Source: Bacillota bacterium
Lineage (GTDB): Bacteria; Bacillota; Clostridia; Monoglobales; Firm-18
DNA: 64,000 bases
NCBI GenBank assembly: GCA_022706765.1
Contig: JAKJBX010000009.1
Span: 4,924-68,923, forward strand
Direction: 5' to 3'
Below are positions 18,101-27,863 of this stretch, one piece after another. The notes under the pieces are model-generated. The model was not told where the DNA came from and ran no database searches. It saw only the letters and a list, made by a program, of their open reading frames with translations. Each line of letters starts with the position of its first letter. The stretch's first letter is position 1. Both the position numbers and the translations under genes were made by a program.

Positions 18101-18835
18101 GCCGACCAGCTTGTCAACAATTGCCGTATCAGACAGCTTAGTTAAAAAAGTCGTATGCCTGCAATGATCCGACCAATAGGTGTCGATCATGCGGATTTCG
18201 GTGACGGTGGGGTTTCTGCCTTCGCTATCTCTGAAATAGGCGCGGCAGAACTTGATGTCCTCCAAGTCCATGGCAAGCCCCATCCCGGCAATCAAATCCG
18301 ACAGCTCATCGTCCGTTTTATTGAGAAAGCCTTCGACGACCTCCGTGTCGCCGGGGATTTCATAATGCATATCCAGCGCCGTAGGCTTTTCAAGGCTGAC
18401 CTCGTGCGCCTCGACGGGGTTGATGCAGTAGCTTTTGATCCGGTCAAAGTCCTCGTCCGATATGCCGCCCGATACGGCGATCACCCGTGCGGTGCGCACC
18501 GTCGGCTTTTCGCCCGTCGTCAGCACCTGCAAGCACTGGGCGGCAAAGTCCGCCCTCTGATCATACTGACCGGGCAGGTAAGACACGGCGAACACACGCT
18601 CATCCGCCGAAAACGGAGCGGTTTCGTCATAGGCATTGTCGACGGGCGGCTCGGAAAAAATCGTGCTGCGGGCGGCAAGATATTGCTGCTCCGTTAGCCC
18701 CGCCACGTCATAGCGCACCAAAACCCGGACGCCGCTTAAACCGCTGATCAAAAGATTGTCCGTCAAATCCCGGTAAATCCCTTTTGCCTCAACGTCGTAA
18801 CCTGCTTTTTTCTCCACCAAAATACGCTTGACCAT
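15125..18835 (-). CDS. purL: phosphoribosylformylglycinamidine synthase, single-chain large form (PurL-PurQ fusion)
   Basis: 1236 aa. ETHNHPTEIEPFGGAATC ATP-grasp-like PurL core and a C-terminal glutaminase (GICNGFQ). Confidence 0.94.
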   Translation of the reverse strand: MVKRILVEKKAGYDVEAKGIYRDLTDNLLISGLSGVRVLVRYDVAGLTEQQYLAARSTIFSEPPVDNAYDETAPFSADERVFAVSYLPGQYDQRADFAAQCLQVLTTGEKPTVRTARVIAVSGGISDEDFDRIKSYCINPVEAHEVSLEKPTALDMHYEIPGDTEVVEGFLNKTDDELSDLIAGMGLAMDLEDIKFCRAYFRDSEGRNPTVTEIRMIDTYWSDHCRHTTFLTKLSDTAIVDKLVGGVYRQYLDDRKTVYDGREKSVTLMDIATLAMKKLKKDGVLTALDESEEINACSIKVDVTVDGRVEPWLVMFKNETHNHPTEIEPFGGAATCLGGAIRDPLSGRVYVYQAMRVTGSGDPRKSVKETIPGKLPQRKITTTAAAGYSAYGNQIGLATGLVSEIYDEGYEAKRMEIGAVIGAAPAENVVREAPGAGDVIILLGGRTGRDGCGGATGSSKAHTEDSLAECGAEVQKGNPPEERKIQRLFRNPEVTRLIKRCNDFGAGGVSVAIGELADGLVIDLDDVPKKYEGLSGTELAISESQERMAVVVRSSDKDRFIALAAEENLEATPVAVVTDQNRLVMRWRGKTIVDVSRAFLNTNGAEKSATAAIGAINYENSVFKAAPVTDVREKWLETLSGLNVCSQKGLVERFDSSIGGGTVFMPFGGRHQLTPQQAMTAKIPVLCGETTTGTVMAYGFNPNISKWSPFHGAVYAIVESLSKLASAGGDISKAYLTLQEYFERLKDEPERWGKPLSALLGAYYAQTKLSIAAIGGKDSMSGSFLDIDVPPTLVCFAVDAIDVGKAVSGEFKKSGSIVALLKIKLDENHLPDFDDLKEKYGALHSLIQSGGVLSAYAVTGGGLCEAVSKMSFGNKIGFTFDDIPAEELFFPYYGSIVLELADGVSFGEVIGKTGGDAICIGGVSLAVDELVAAWQAPLERVFPTQTDSMDTPIEKFSYTAANITRPLTKTPKPRVFIPVFPGTNCEYDTARAFERAGAEADVFVVKNLTPSQVEASVAEMSKRINSAQIVILAGGFSAGDEPDGSGKFIATLFRNPRLKEDIHHLLSQRDGLMLGICNGFQALIKLGLVPYGEIRDMTDTCPTLTYNTIGRHVSTMVNTVVSSTLSPWLAGSRVGDIHTIPVSHGEGRFVASGEVIKKLAKSGQIATQYVDMQGNPTYDIRFNPNGSVCAVEGITSADGRVLGKMGHSERIGSYVAKNIGGEQNQRIFESGVNYFR

Positions 18836-18858
18836 TTGCGCTCAACCCAACCTTTAAC

Positions 18859-19827
18859 TTAGAGTAGACATCTTGAAAATGCGTCCAAAAACCTGTCGTT
18901 TGAACGCCTGTCCTTAATCGCGATCCTGATATACTGCCCTTCGGTGCCGAAGGTCTTGTTACAGCTTCGGACGGATATGCCCTTCGCCGCCAGCCTGTCG
19001 CACAGCGTGGCTGCGGGGATTTGTTCCAGCTCGACAAATATGTAGTTGGCGACGGGCTTAAACGCCGTCACGCCGCCGAGGGTGCTGAGTATGTGAAAGA
19101 AGCGCTTTGGCTCGGACGCCAGCCACGCTTTCGTTTTTTTGATATATTTTTTGTCACGCAGAAGCGTGCTATACGCCAGCAGCGGAAAGTAGCCGACCGT
19201 GCCGGGAACCTGATTGGCACGGATAAGACCCGTCAGGCTTTCACATGCGATCACATAGCCGAACCGCAGCCCGGAGAGCGCAAAATAATTTGCCAGCGTA
19301 CGGAGGATGACGATGTTGGCGTATAAATTGACGTGCTTGACCGCTGAAATATCGGCGGCAACAAAGTCGGCATACGACTCGTCGATCACTAAATAGACGC
19401 CCTTTTCCTGACAGTAGTCGAGCAGCTTTTGCAGGCATTGTCTGCCGATCATCCTGCCAGTGGGGTTGCCGGGATTGGACAGGATAATCATATCAAAGCC
19501 CGGCGCTTTAGCGATCAAATCCGTGACATCAATATCGAAATCGCTTGCCTTTCCAGTCGTATACGGTACCGCCTCGCAGCCGCTCAGGCGGCACGCCGCA
19601 AAATACAGCGGAATGGACGGCACGGGAATCAAAGCCCGTCTCGGCTTCAAGGTGTGCAGCACTGTATGTAAAAGCTCGCCCGCGCCGCTGCCGGTCACCA
19701 CGTTTTTTTGCATCACGCCGTGCAGGTGTGCCAGCGCCTGTACCGCCTTTTCCTGCGCCGACTCATAGACAGGACTTGTCAAGTCCTCGGACAGCTGCCG
19801 ATAGGACTTTGCAAATACTTTTTTCAA
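18859..19827 (-). CDS. class I/II aminotransferase homologue (HisC/CobD-like), N-terminally short and lacking the PLP lysine
   Basis: SNPGNPTG and IDESYADF are present, but the SK motif reads TLANYFALSGLRFGY (Asn codon at 19288-19290). TTG start, with an in-frame TGA 18 codons upstream. Confidence 0.65.
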   Translation of the reverse strand: MKKVFAKSYRQLSEDLTSPVYESAQEKAVQALAHLHGVMQKNVVTGSGAGELLHTVLHTLKPRRALIPVPSIPLYFAACRLSGCEAVPYTTGKASDFDIDVTDLIAKAPGFDMIILSNPGNPTGRMIGRQCLQKLLDYCQEKGVYLVIDESYADFVAADISAVKHVNLYANIVILRTLANYFALSGLRFGYVIACESLTGLIRANQVPGTVGYFPLLAYSTLLRDKKYIKKTKAWLASEPKRFFHILSTLGGVTAFKPVANYIFVELEQIPAATLCDRLAAKGISVRSCNKTFGTEGQYIRIAIKDRRSNDRFLDAFSRCLL

Positions 19828-19943
19828 GGATTTCGGGGGTCCAAACGGGTTGGAATTGTTTGAATAGTCCGTTGCAGCTCACCTCGTTTCACAGCAGAGC
19901 CCCTCTGATGCGCTTGCATCAGAGGGACGATTGGAATATGGTG

Positions 19944-20303
19944 TTACAGCTTTTCGCCGCATTTCGCACAGAAAGTGCTTTCCTTTGAGATTTCCGCCTT
20001 GCAAAACGGGCATAGCCTCACCGCCTTGACCGCATGCATCTTTTCCTTGAACTCGTCGATGTCGGCGTATTTACCGTCGATCAGCGCGCAATGGACGGAG
20101 ATTTCCTCCGACACGGGGCTGTCGCTTTTGTAGCCCTCATAGACCAGCCTGCCGATTTTTTCAAATTCCTCTTCGATTTCGCTGTTTGCTGCCGCAATGG
20201 CAAGCGTCAGCTTGGAAATCTCGATGACGTCGCCGGATTTTCGGACGACCTTCCCCGCCGCCTTGGAAAAAGTGCGCTTAAAATCCTGAAAGAATTTTTC
20301 CAT
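19944..20303 (-). CDS. zinc-ribbon domain protein
   Basis: C-terminal CPFCKAEISKESTFCAKCG. Probable start at MEKFF (20303). Confidence 0.5.
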   Translation of the reverse strand: MEKFFQDFKRTFSKAAGKVVRKSGDVIEISKLTLAIAAANSEIEEEFEKIGRLVYEGYKSDSPVSEEISVHCALIDGKYADIDEFKEKMHAVKAVRLCPFCKAEISKESTFCAKCGEKL

Positions 20304-20350
20304 AAACTCATCTCCTTGACAAAAATGGCTTGGCAATCATTGTTTATTGT

Positions 20351-20424
20351 TATCGCCGTTTCCGAACGGTCTTTGCGAGAAACATTCCGGCGGCGCAATA
20401 AATTCCTTGCGGATATTATATCAT
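20351..20424 (+). repeat. family C repeat, partial copy
   Basis: CGCCGTTTCCGAACGG..GCGAGAAA..CGGCGGCGCAATAAATTC aligns with 20534-20630. Confidence 0.6.
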
Positions 20425-20533
20425 AACAAAAAATAAAAATAAAGATATTGCCAAAAAAAATATAATAATATATAATTGTGTGTATTGAAGTTTGTTTCGA
20501 TTATTATATCATAGATTTTGAAAAAATCTATGA

Positions 20534-20630
20534 TATAATTGCGCATCGCCGTTTCCGAGCGTTCCTTGCGAGGAAATCTCGGCGGCGCGATAAATTCAGC
20601 GTATAATAACCGCTTGCGGTTATTATACCA
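20534..20630 (+). repeat. family C repeat (~97 bp) ending in hairpin GTATAATAACCGCTTGCGGTTATTATAC
   Basis: Near-identical in reverse complement to 27755-27853. Confidence 0.75.
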
Positions 20631-20646
20631 CGAAAGGACAAAATAT

Positions 20647-21744
20647 ATGAAACTGGGCATAGTCGGACTTCCAAACGTCGGGAAAAGCACGCTTTTTAAC
20701 GCAATCACGCAGGCGGGCGCAGAATCGGCGAACTATCCTTTTTGCACCATCGAGCCGAATGTCGGCATCGTCGCCGTGCCGGACAAGCGTCTTGACGTTT
20801 TGACCGAAATGTACAATCCTGTGAAAACAACCCCTGCGATCATCGAATTTGTCGATATTGCGGGGCTTGTCAAGGGTGCAAGCCGGGGCGAGGGGCTTGG
20901 CAACAAATTTTTATCGCACATCCGTGAGGTGGACGCTGTGGTGCACGTCGTGCGCTGCTTTGAGGATAAAAACATCGTGCACGTCGAGGGCAGCGTCGAC
21001 CCGCTCCGTGACATCGAAACCATCACCATCGAGCTGATTTTCGCCGACCTCGAAACGGTCGACAAGCGCATTGACCGTGCCAAAAAAATGATGAAGGGCG
21101 GCGACAAAAAATATCAGGCGGAGCTCACGCTGTACGAGCGGATCAAGGCTGCGCTCGAAAGCGGTATGCAGGCAAGCGCCGTCGAAATGACGGACGAGGA
21201 ACTGGACACCGTAAAGGAAACCCCGCTGCTCACCATGAAGCCCGTTATCTTTGCCGCCAATGTGTCTGAGGACGATTTGGCGTCGGGCTACGAAAGCAAC
21301 CCCCACTATCAGGCATTGGCGGCATACGCCGCAGCGCAAAAGTGCGAGGTGATGCCGATCTCGGCGAAAATCGAGGAGGAAATCTCGCAGCTGGGGGACG
21401 AGGAAAAGCTCACCTTTTTGCAGGAGCTCGGGCTGAAAGAGTCGGGGCTTGACAGGCTGGTCGCCGCAAGCTATTCGCTTTTGGGGCTAATTAGCTATCT
21501 TACCGCAGGGCAGCCGGAGGTGCGTGCATGGACGATCAAAAGCGGCACAAGGGCGCCGCAAGCGGCGGGAAAGATACATTCGGACTTTGAACGGGGATTT
21601 ATCCGCGCCGAGGTGGTCGCCTATGACGATTTGATCGCCTGCGGCAGCTTGGCGTCGGCAAAGGAAAAAGGGCTGGTCCGATCGGAGGGCAAGGAATATG
21701 TGGTCAAGGACGGCGATATTATCCTGTTTCGGTTTAACGTATAG
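20647..21744 (+). CDS. ychF: redox-regulated ATPase YchF
   Basis: [22 protein letters not shown]-loop and a C-terminal TGS-like [11 protein letters not shown]. Confidence 0.94.
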   Translation: MKLGIVGLPNVGKSTLFNAITQAGAESANYPFCTIEPNVGIVAVPDKRLDVLTEMYNPVKTTPAIIEFVDIAGLVKGASRGEGLGNKFLSHIREVDAVVHVVRCFEDKNIVHVEGSVDPLRDIETITIELIFADLETVDKRIDRAKKMMKGGDKKYQAELTLYERIKAALESGMQASAVEMTDEELDTVKETPLLTMKPVIFAANVSEDDLASGYESNPHYQALAAYAAAQKCEVMPISAKIEEEISQLGDEEKLTFLQELGLKESGLDRLVAASYSLLGLISYLTAGQPEVRAWTIKSGTRAPQAAGKIHSDFERGFIRAEVVAYDDLIACGSLASAKEKGLVRSEGKEYVVKDGDIILFRFNV

Positions 21745-21796
21745 CAAAACGCCTGAAAGCCTTCGCCAAGGAATGAAATATTTATTTTTATGAAAC

Positions 21797-21824
21797 GGCG
21801 CCGGCGTCAATTGACGCCGGCGCC
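21797..21824. terminator. bidirectional terminator, perfect palindrome GGCGCCGGCGTCAATTGACGCCGGCGCC
   Basis: 12-bp GC-rich arms between the convergent ychF and htpG. Confidence 0.7.
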
Positions 21825-21832
21825 TTATAATG

Positions 21833-23569
21833 TCATATCACTTTTTCCAAAAGCGCCGTGGTGCGCTCGACAAACTCCGACATCTCGTCGTGGGTCAGGG
21901 TAGCGTTGCACAGCTTGGCGATGTCATACACCTGCTTGCAGATAAGCTTTTGTTTTTCGGCGTCCGCCTTGGGCAGCGACTTGATGATGCTGCTGCCGGC
22001 GTTCAGTACAAGCGTAAAGGTCTGCGGCAGCTTGGCGCTGCCGAACATGCGGGAAATGTCGCTCATCCTGCGCACATGCTCCTCCTGTACAAGCAGTGCG
22101 GGCATCGGGGATTTGAGCGGCGAGGTGGTGATGTTCAGCGTATCGTCACCGAGCGCAGCTTTGAAGATGCCGACCAGCTCCTCGTCGTCGGAGGTCTGCT
22201 CCGGCATGGCGTCGATACGCGTAAAGCGCCACTGCTCCCGCATTTCGAGGAAGCTGATAAAGTGGGCGTCGATGATGTGCGGAAAGACGAGCGCTTTTTT
22301 ACCTTCCTCTTTGAGCAGCTTGATGTACTGCGCCTGCTGCCCTTCGTTGGTGACATAGGTAATCGTCTTATCGTTCTCTTCGGCATACTGCGTCAGCGTG
22401 GCATACTCGCCGTCAGTGGTCTTTGCCTGCATGACCGGACGAAGCCTGTCATAGAATTTTTCGTCGCTGAGGCAGCCGTATTCGATGAACGGCGCAATGT
22501 CGAGCCAATAGCCGTCGAAGCGCTCACGGTCGTCCTTTTGCATCGCAAGCAGCCTGTCCGCCACCTTTTTGGTGATATGCGCTGAAATTTTCGTCACCGT
22601 ACCGTCGTTTTGCAGAGCGCTCCTCGACACGTTGAGCGGCACGTCGGGGCAGTCGACGACCCCCTTTAACAGCATCAAAAACTCGGGGATGACCTCCTTG
22701 ATGTTATCCGCAACGAAAACCTGATTGTTGTAAAGCTTGATCTTGCCCTGCGCCGACTCGAATTCGTGCGTCAGCTTGGGAAAGTATAAAATACCTTTTA
22801 AATTGAACGGATAATCCACGTTTAAGTGGATCCAAAACAGCGGGTCGTTTATGTCGCTGAAAATCCTATGGTACAGCTCCTTGTACTCCTCGTCGGTACA
22901 GTCAGAGGGCGACTTTGTCCAAAGGGGAGCGGTATCGTTGACGCTCTTTTCCTCATCGTCCAAAAAGATTTCATAGGGCAAAAAGCCGCAGTATTTGAGC
23001 AGGATAGACCGCAGCCGCTCTTTGAGCAAAAAGTCGGCGCTGTCCTCGGCGATGTGCAGCACAATGGTCGTGCCGCAGGACGTACGCTTGCCCTCGCTGA
23101 TGGTATATTCCGTGCCGCCGTCACACTTCCACTTAACCGGCGGCGCACCCGAATAGGACTTGGTTTCAAGCTCGACATACTCCGCCACCATAAACGCCGA
23201 GTAAAACCCCAGCCCGAAGTGCCCGATGATTTGGTTTTGCTCACTGGCGTCCTGATATTTTTCCAAAAATTCCTCGGCGCCCGAAAAGGCGATTTGGTTG
23301 ATATACTTCTTGACTTCCTCCTCCGTCATACCGATGCCGTTGTCACTGACGGTGATCGTCCTGGCTTCGCTGTCGCAAGCGACCTTGACATACGGCTTTT
23401 CGTCAAACTGCGCCTCGCCGATGGCGCTGAGCTTTTTCAGCTTGGTGATGGCGTCGCAGCCGTTGACCACAAGCTCCCGCAAAAAAATGTCCTTATCTGA
23501 ATACAGCCACTTTTTGATGACGGGGAAAATATTCTTTGTATTAACCTTGATCGTACCCTTGCCCGGCAT
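21833..23569 (-). CDS. htpG: molecular chaperone HtpG (Hsp90 family)
   Basis: IFLRELVVNGCDAITKL, GIGMT and GHFGLGFYSAFMVA GHKL ATPase motifs. Confidence 0.88.
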   Translation of the reverse strand: MPGKGTIKVNTKNIFPVIKKWLYSDKDIFLRELVVNGCDAITKLKKLSAIGEAQFDEKPYVKVACDSEARTITVSDNGIGMTEEEVKKYINQIAFSGAEEFLEKYQDASEQNQIIGHFGLGFYSAFMVAEYVELETKSYSGAPPVKWKCDGGTEYTISEGKRTSCGTTIVLHIAEDSADFLLKERLRSILLKYCGFLPYEIFLDDEEKSVNDTAPLWTKSPSDCTDEEYKELYHRIFSDINDPLFWIHLNVDYPFNLKGILYFPKLTHEFESAQGKIKLYNNQVFVADNIKEVIPEFLMLLKGVVDCPDVPLNVSRSALQNDGTVTKISAHITKKVADRLLAMQKDDRERFDGYWLDIAPFIEYGCLSDEKFYDRLRPVMQAKTTDGEYATLTQYAEENDKTITYVTNEGQQAQYIKLLKEEGKKALVFPHIIDAHFISFLEMREQWRFTRIDAMPEQTSDDEELVGIFKAALGDDTLNITTSPLKSPMPALLVQEEHVRRMSDISRMFGSAKLPQTFTLVLNAGSSIIKSLPKADAEKQKLICKQVYDIAKLCNATLTHDEMSEFVERTTALLEKVI

Positions 23570-23708
23570 AGCTAAAACCTCCGAAATTGTTATATTTATT
23601 ACATTATTTTAGCAAAATCACGAATTCTTGTCAATACGCATATGCTGGATTGAGGTTTATTTTAATATCTTATTTATGCCGATGCGGAGCGGCGGAATGG
23701 AGGTTGAT

Positions 23709-24116
23709 ATGCAGCTTAAAACAGTCTCGGCAATCATCAAAGGCGAGGGTATCGCCGGAAGCGTCAGCTTTCGCCCGTATCTTTCAGGCGCTTGGGTCAG
23801 CGCTAAAATCAGCGGACTGCCCGACGGTTTTCACGGGTTTCATCTACACGCGGGCGGCGTATGTGACGCACACACCGGCTTTGCGTCCGCTATGGCGCAC
23901 TACAATCCGACGGACAGCAAGCACCCGCAGCATGCGGGGGATTTCCCCGCCCTGCTGTCGAGCGGCGGGCTGGCGGAAATGGCGTTTTATACCGGCAGGC
24001 TGACGCCCGATGAGGCGGTCGGCAAAGCCGTCATCGTCCATGCGGCACCTGACGATTTCAGAACGGACCCGTCCGGCAATTCCGGCGATAGGATCGCGTG
24101 CGGCGTGGTAAGGTGA
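23709..24116 (+). CDS. sodC: Cu/Zn superoxide dismutase family protein, no signal peptide evident
   Basis: FHGFHLHAGG, HYNPTDSKHPQHAGDFP and VIVHAAPDD metal-ligand pattern. GGAGG RBS. Confidence 0.82.
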   Translation: MQLKTVSAIIKGEGIAGSVSFRPYLSGAWVSAKISGLPDGFHGFHLHAGGVCDAHTGFASAMAHYNPTDSKHPQHAGDFPALLSSGGLAEMAFYTGRLTPDEAVGKAVIVHAAPDDFRTDPSGNSGDRIACGVVR

Positions 24117-24520
24117 GCGGCAAAAAGGACAACGGGGACGGGTCGTAGCCATGTCAACTACAAACCGTTCCCGTTGTGTCTAGCTTCATTCTATATGTAA
24201 CACTTGTAAAAAACCTTTACATTTCTCCATAAAACGAATGATACCATTATTAATAAAGCAAAAATGATGGAGAATACGACATCAAAACTCAATATGCTTT
24301 TCTCACGCTGTCTCATTGGAGTCTTCCTTATCTTACTGCTAATATTATTTAATGTGTGGACAACGATGACTGTTCCCGTTGTCCTTGCCAAACCCCTCTT
24401 AAAAAACAATGTGGTATAACTCGGTTCCGCTGAATTAACGGGCTTATCCGCCCATTATCATCCAAACCAAATTATACCACATTTGCTATTGTCCGTCAAT
24501 CCATGCTGACCAGCGTCCCG

Positions 24521-24865
24521 TTATGCGCCGACGGAAACCGTTGATTTCGTATTTGGCGGACCTGATGTCGCCATATAATCCTCAATGACTTCTTCAAGCG
24601 TGATCGGTGTGACGGCATTGTCAGACAAGAGTCTTACGATTTGATAAATCGTTTTCTCTGAGGCGCAGACCTCGTTCATGGTTTTTGTTTCGATATATTT
24701 GATGCCTTCGCTGCGCTGTGTCTTGACGATTTCGATTCCATAAGTCGAAATATTGATGCTTTCACTTTGCGTTTGGCTTTCGAGAACAAAATATTCGAGG
24801 TCAAAGGGTTCTTCCGCCCCATCTGCAAGGGTCAATGACAAAGTCGAAAAAAGGAACTTGCTCAT
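24521..24865 (-). CDS. hypothetical protein
   Basis: GGAGGTGA RBS 5 nt before the ATG at 24865. No motif recognised. The local DNA is AT-richer. Confidence 0.5.
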   Translation of the reverse strand: MSKFLFSTLSLTLADGAEEPFDLEYFVLESQTQSESINISTYGIEIVKTQRSEGIKYIETKTMNEVCASEKTIYQIVRLLSDNAVTPITLEEVIEDYMATSGPPNTKSTVSVGA

Positions 24866-24992
24866 TGGTATCACCTCCATTTATTTAAAATCCAGTAGCA
24901 ATATTATACTATATGCTGAAATGACAGTGCATAATAACTCATCGCAATATTCGACATTATTCGACGACTTTCATGCAGATAAACTGTTATTG

Positions 24993-27548
24993 TTATACAT
25001 TTGTCGAATTTTGTCGTAGCATTTTTGTAATTTTCGGACTTTTATCCGTGTCCAACTCGGGTGTTTTTGTTAAAAATTTTTGCACTTCAACCACTGCCAA
25101 AGGTACAAGACACAGAACAGCGACTGTCTGCCACTGCGCAAACGACAACTGAGTGACTTTAAAAAGCTTTGCGGCAGCCGGCAGGGATATGATAGACACC
25201 TGCATAAAAATACCCAAAAAGAATGAAAATACCAGTGATTTGTTTTCGACAGCGCTTTTGGAAAAAACCGTACCTGTGTTTCGGATATTAAACGCATGCA
25301 CCAGCTGCGACATGCACAGCACCGAAAATGCCATTGTCCGTGCGGCCGTCAAGTCGTATTTAAGCAAACCTATGTTAAATGCCAACAGGGAAACGCCACC
25401 AATTAAACAGCCCTCCAACAATATCGCAATGCCGAGCCCGTCTGAAAACAGACCGCTTTTAGGGCTTTTTGGCTTGCGCAGCATAATCTCCTTGTCGATG
25501 TCGTCGACGCCCAGCGCAATGGCAGGCAGTGAATCAGTCACGAGATTTGTCCACAAAAGCTGTATGGCGACAAGTGGCGTCGGCCATCCTAAGAATATGG
25601 CGATGAATACGGTCAGGATTTCGCCGATGTTGGAGGATAGCAAGAAATGAACCGATTTTTTGATATTTTCATAGATGCCCCGCCCCTGCCTGACCGCCTC
25701 TACGATCGTTGCGAAGTTGTCGTCGGCAAGCACCATGTCCGCCGCACCCTTAGCAACGTCGGTGCCGCATATACCCATGGCACACCCGATATCGGCAGAC
25801 TTTAACGCCGGTGCGTCGTTGACGCCGTCGCCGGTCATAGCGACCACCGCGCCCCTGCTTTGATAGGTCTTGACGATCCGCAGCTTATCCTCCGGCAGCA
25901 CCCTTGCAAAGACGCTGTACCCAAAGATTTCACGTTCAAGCTGATGCTGTGACATCTGCGCCAGCTGCTGACCGGTGATGGCTTTGTCATTCCCCCGAAG
26001 GATTCCCAGCTCCCGGGCGACGGCGGACGCTGTTTCGATGTGATCGCCCGTGATCATCACGGTTTTGATGCCCGCCCGCCGGCATACCCTCACCGCATCC
26101 TCCGCTTCGGGGCGCACAGGGTCGGCAGTACCGATCAGACCTGCGAAAACCAGTCCATGCTCGGGCTGCTGTGAAAGGGTATCGGTATCGCGAAAGGCGA
26201 CCGCAAGGACACGCAGCGCTTTTTTTGCCATTTCAGCGTTTTTAGTAAGGATACCGGTGCGTTCCTGCTCGGTCAGGTTACATTTTTTGAGCAGGATTTC
26301 AGGTGCTCCCTTGGTGATGATGCGGTAATTGCGCCCGTTTTTGATGACCACCGTCATCAGCTTGCGGTTGGAGTCAAAGGGGATTTCGAGAACACGTTCG
26401 ACCGCCTCGACACTGCCCGCCGCCGCCAAAATGGCTCGCTCGGTCGGGTCACTGCCGTTGCAGCACTGGGCGGCAAGCTTCAAAGCATGGCGGCGTTCGT
26501 CGCAAGCAATTTCGACGACAGACATTTTGTTTTGGGTCAGCGTACCCGTCTTGTCAGAGCATATCACCGATGCGCTGCCCAGTGTCTCGACGGCGGGCAG
26601 TTTGCGGATGATGGCGTTTTTGGATGACATCCGCATAACACCGATGGCAAGCACAATGGTGACGATGGCGGGCAGCCCTTCCGGTATTGCCGCAACGGCA
26701 AGGCTGACCGATGTCATAAACATTTCAAAAAGCGGCAGGCTGCGGAAAAAGCCCATCACGAAAATGACGCCGCAGATAGACAGTGCGCTGATACCGAGCA
26801 TCTTGCCGATGTCGGCAAGCCGCTCTTGCAACGGCGTCTTTCCTCCCTCGTCCGATATGATCAGCTGGGCGATTTTACCGACCTCGGTGTGCATACCCGT
26901 TTCCACCACGACTGCTTCGGCATGTCCGCTGACAATGAGCGTCGAAGCGAAGAGCATATTCTGGCGGTCGCCGATGTGTACCGCACCGCTGATAGCCCTG
27001 TCATGCTTGTCCTGCGGAAGCGACTCGCCGGTCAGCGCTGACTCCTCGGTTTTGAGCGCCGTGCACTTGATGATCCTCGCGTCCGCCGGAATGTAATCGC
27101 CCGTTTCAAGCAGCAGCACGTCGCCCGGGACAATATGCTCGCAGTCAACGGTGACGACCTCGCCCCCGCGTCTTACCCGCACATGCGGTACTGACAGCTT
27201 TTGCAGCGCTTCAATTGCCTTTTCCGCACGGCTTTCCTGGATGACGCCCAGCACGGCGTTGATGGCGACGATCGCCAAAATAATGATCGGGTCCGCAAAA
27301 TCACCTTGTCCCTCTACCCAGGATATTAAAAAAGATATGACTGCGGCACAAATCAATGTGATGACCATAAAATCGCTGAGCTGTTCACGCATTCTTTCAA
27401 AAAACCCGATTTTTTTGGCTTCCTTTAATTTGTTTTCGCCGTACTTTGAAAGACGCATTCGGCTTTCTTCTCCGCCGAGCCCGTGCCTGTCCGTCTCTAA
27501 AAGCGCAAAAACTTCTCTGATCGGCTTATCGTACCATATCATTTGCAT
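24993..27548 (-). CDS. P-type cation-transporting ATPase (Ca2+-ATPase-like, P2 type)
   Basis: CSDKTGTLT phosphorylation site, TGES, MITGDH and MTGDGVNDAPALK. Confidence 0.9.
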   Translation of the reverse strand: MQMIWYDKPIREVFALLETDRHGLGGEESRMRLSKYGENKLKEAKKIGFFERMREQLSDFMVITLICAAVISFLISWVEGQGDFADPIIILAIVAINAVLGVIQESRAEKAIEALQKLSVPHVRVRRGGEVVTVDCEHIVPGDVLLLETGDYIPADARIIKCTALKTEESALTGESLPQDKHDRAISGAVHIGDRQNMLFASTLIVSGHAEAVVVETGMHTEVGKIAQLIISDEGGKTPLQERLADIGKMLGISALSICGVIFVMGFFRSLPLFEMFMTSVSLAVAAIPEGLPAIVTIVLAIGVMRMSSKNAIIRKLPAVETLGSASVICSDKTGTLTQNKMSVVEIACDERRHALKLAAQCCNGSDPTERAILAAAGSVEAVERVLEIPFDSNRKLMTVVIKNGRNYRIITKGAPEILLKKCNLTEQERTGILTKNAEMAKKALRVLAVAFRDTDTLSQQPEHGLVFAGLIGTADPVRPEAEDAVRVCRRAGIKTVMITGDHIETASAVARELGILRGNDKAITGQQLAQMSQHQLEREIFGYSVFARVLPEDKLRIVKTYQSRGAVVAMTGDGVNDAPALKSADIGCAMGICGTDVAKGAADMVLADDNFATIVEAVRQGRGIYENIKKSVHFLLSSNIGEILTVFIAIFLGWPTPLVAIQLLWTNLVTDSLPAIALGVDDIDKEIMLRKPKSPKSGLFSDGLGIAILLEGCLIGGVSLLAFNIGLLKYDLTAARTMAFSVLCMSQLVHAFNIRNTGTVFSKSAVENKSLVFSFFLGIFMQVSIISLPAAAKLFKVTQLSFAQWQTVAVLCLVPLAVVEVQKFLTKTPELDTDKSPKITKMLRQNSTNV

Positions 27549-27568
27549 GCCACCCTTTCACTTTTTTG

Positions 27569-27690
27569 ATTATTTAGGAAATTACGCAAGTCCGGCGTAA
27601 TTTCCACGCTTCGGCGGAAATGAATTCCACCTGCGCTCACGCCCGCGCGGCGAACGGTTGTGTTCGAGCAGGCGCTGCGCACCCGAACGC
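27569..27690 (+). repeat. family D repeat, single diverged copy in the ATPase leader
   Basis: ATTATTTAGGAAATTACGC...GGCGGAAATGAATTCC...CCCGAACGC is collinear with the 99-bp unit at 11154. Confidence 0.65.
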
Positions 27691-27754
27691 TTTTTTAATA
27701 TGTGTATGCGGCGCATCCGTACAATATGACGGTTTGACACATCAGGGGTGCAGT

Positions 27755-27853
27755 GGTATAATAACCGCAAGCGGTTATTATACGTTGAATTTGTTGCGCC
27801 GTCGAAATTTTCCTCGCAAATAACGTTCAGAAACGGCGATGCGCAATTATACC
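27755..27853 (-). repeat. family C repeat, inverted copy
   Basis: The reverse complement matches 20534-20630 almost base for base. Confidence 0.75.
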
Positions 27854-27863
27854 ATTAAAGCGG

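Noticed and set aside
24191-24409. 72-aa ORF in an AT-rich spacer, a possible small membrane protein.
   Set aside because: There is no convincing RBS at the annotated start and no motif. An internal 41-codon hydrophobic ORF is possible but cannot be supported from sequence alone.
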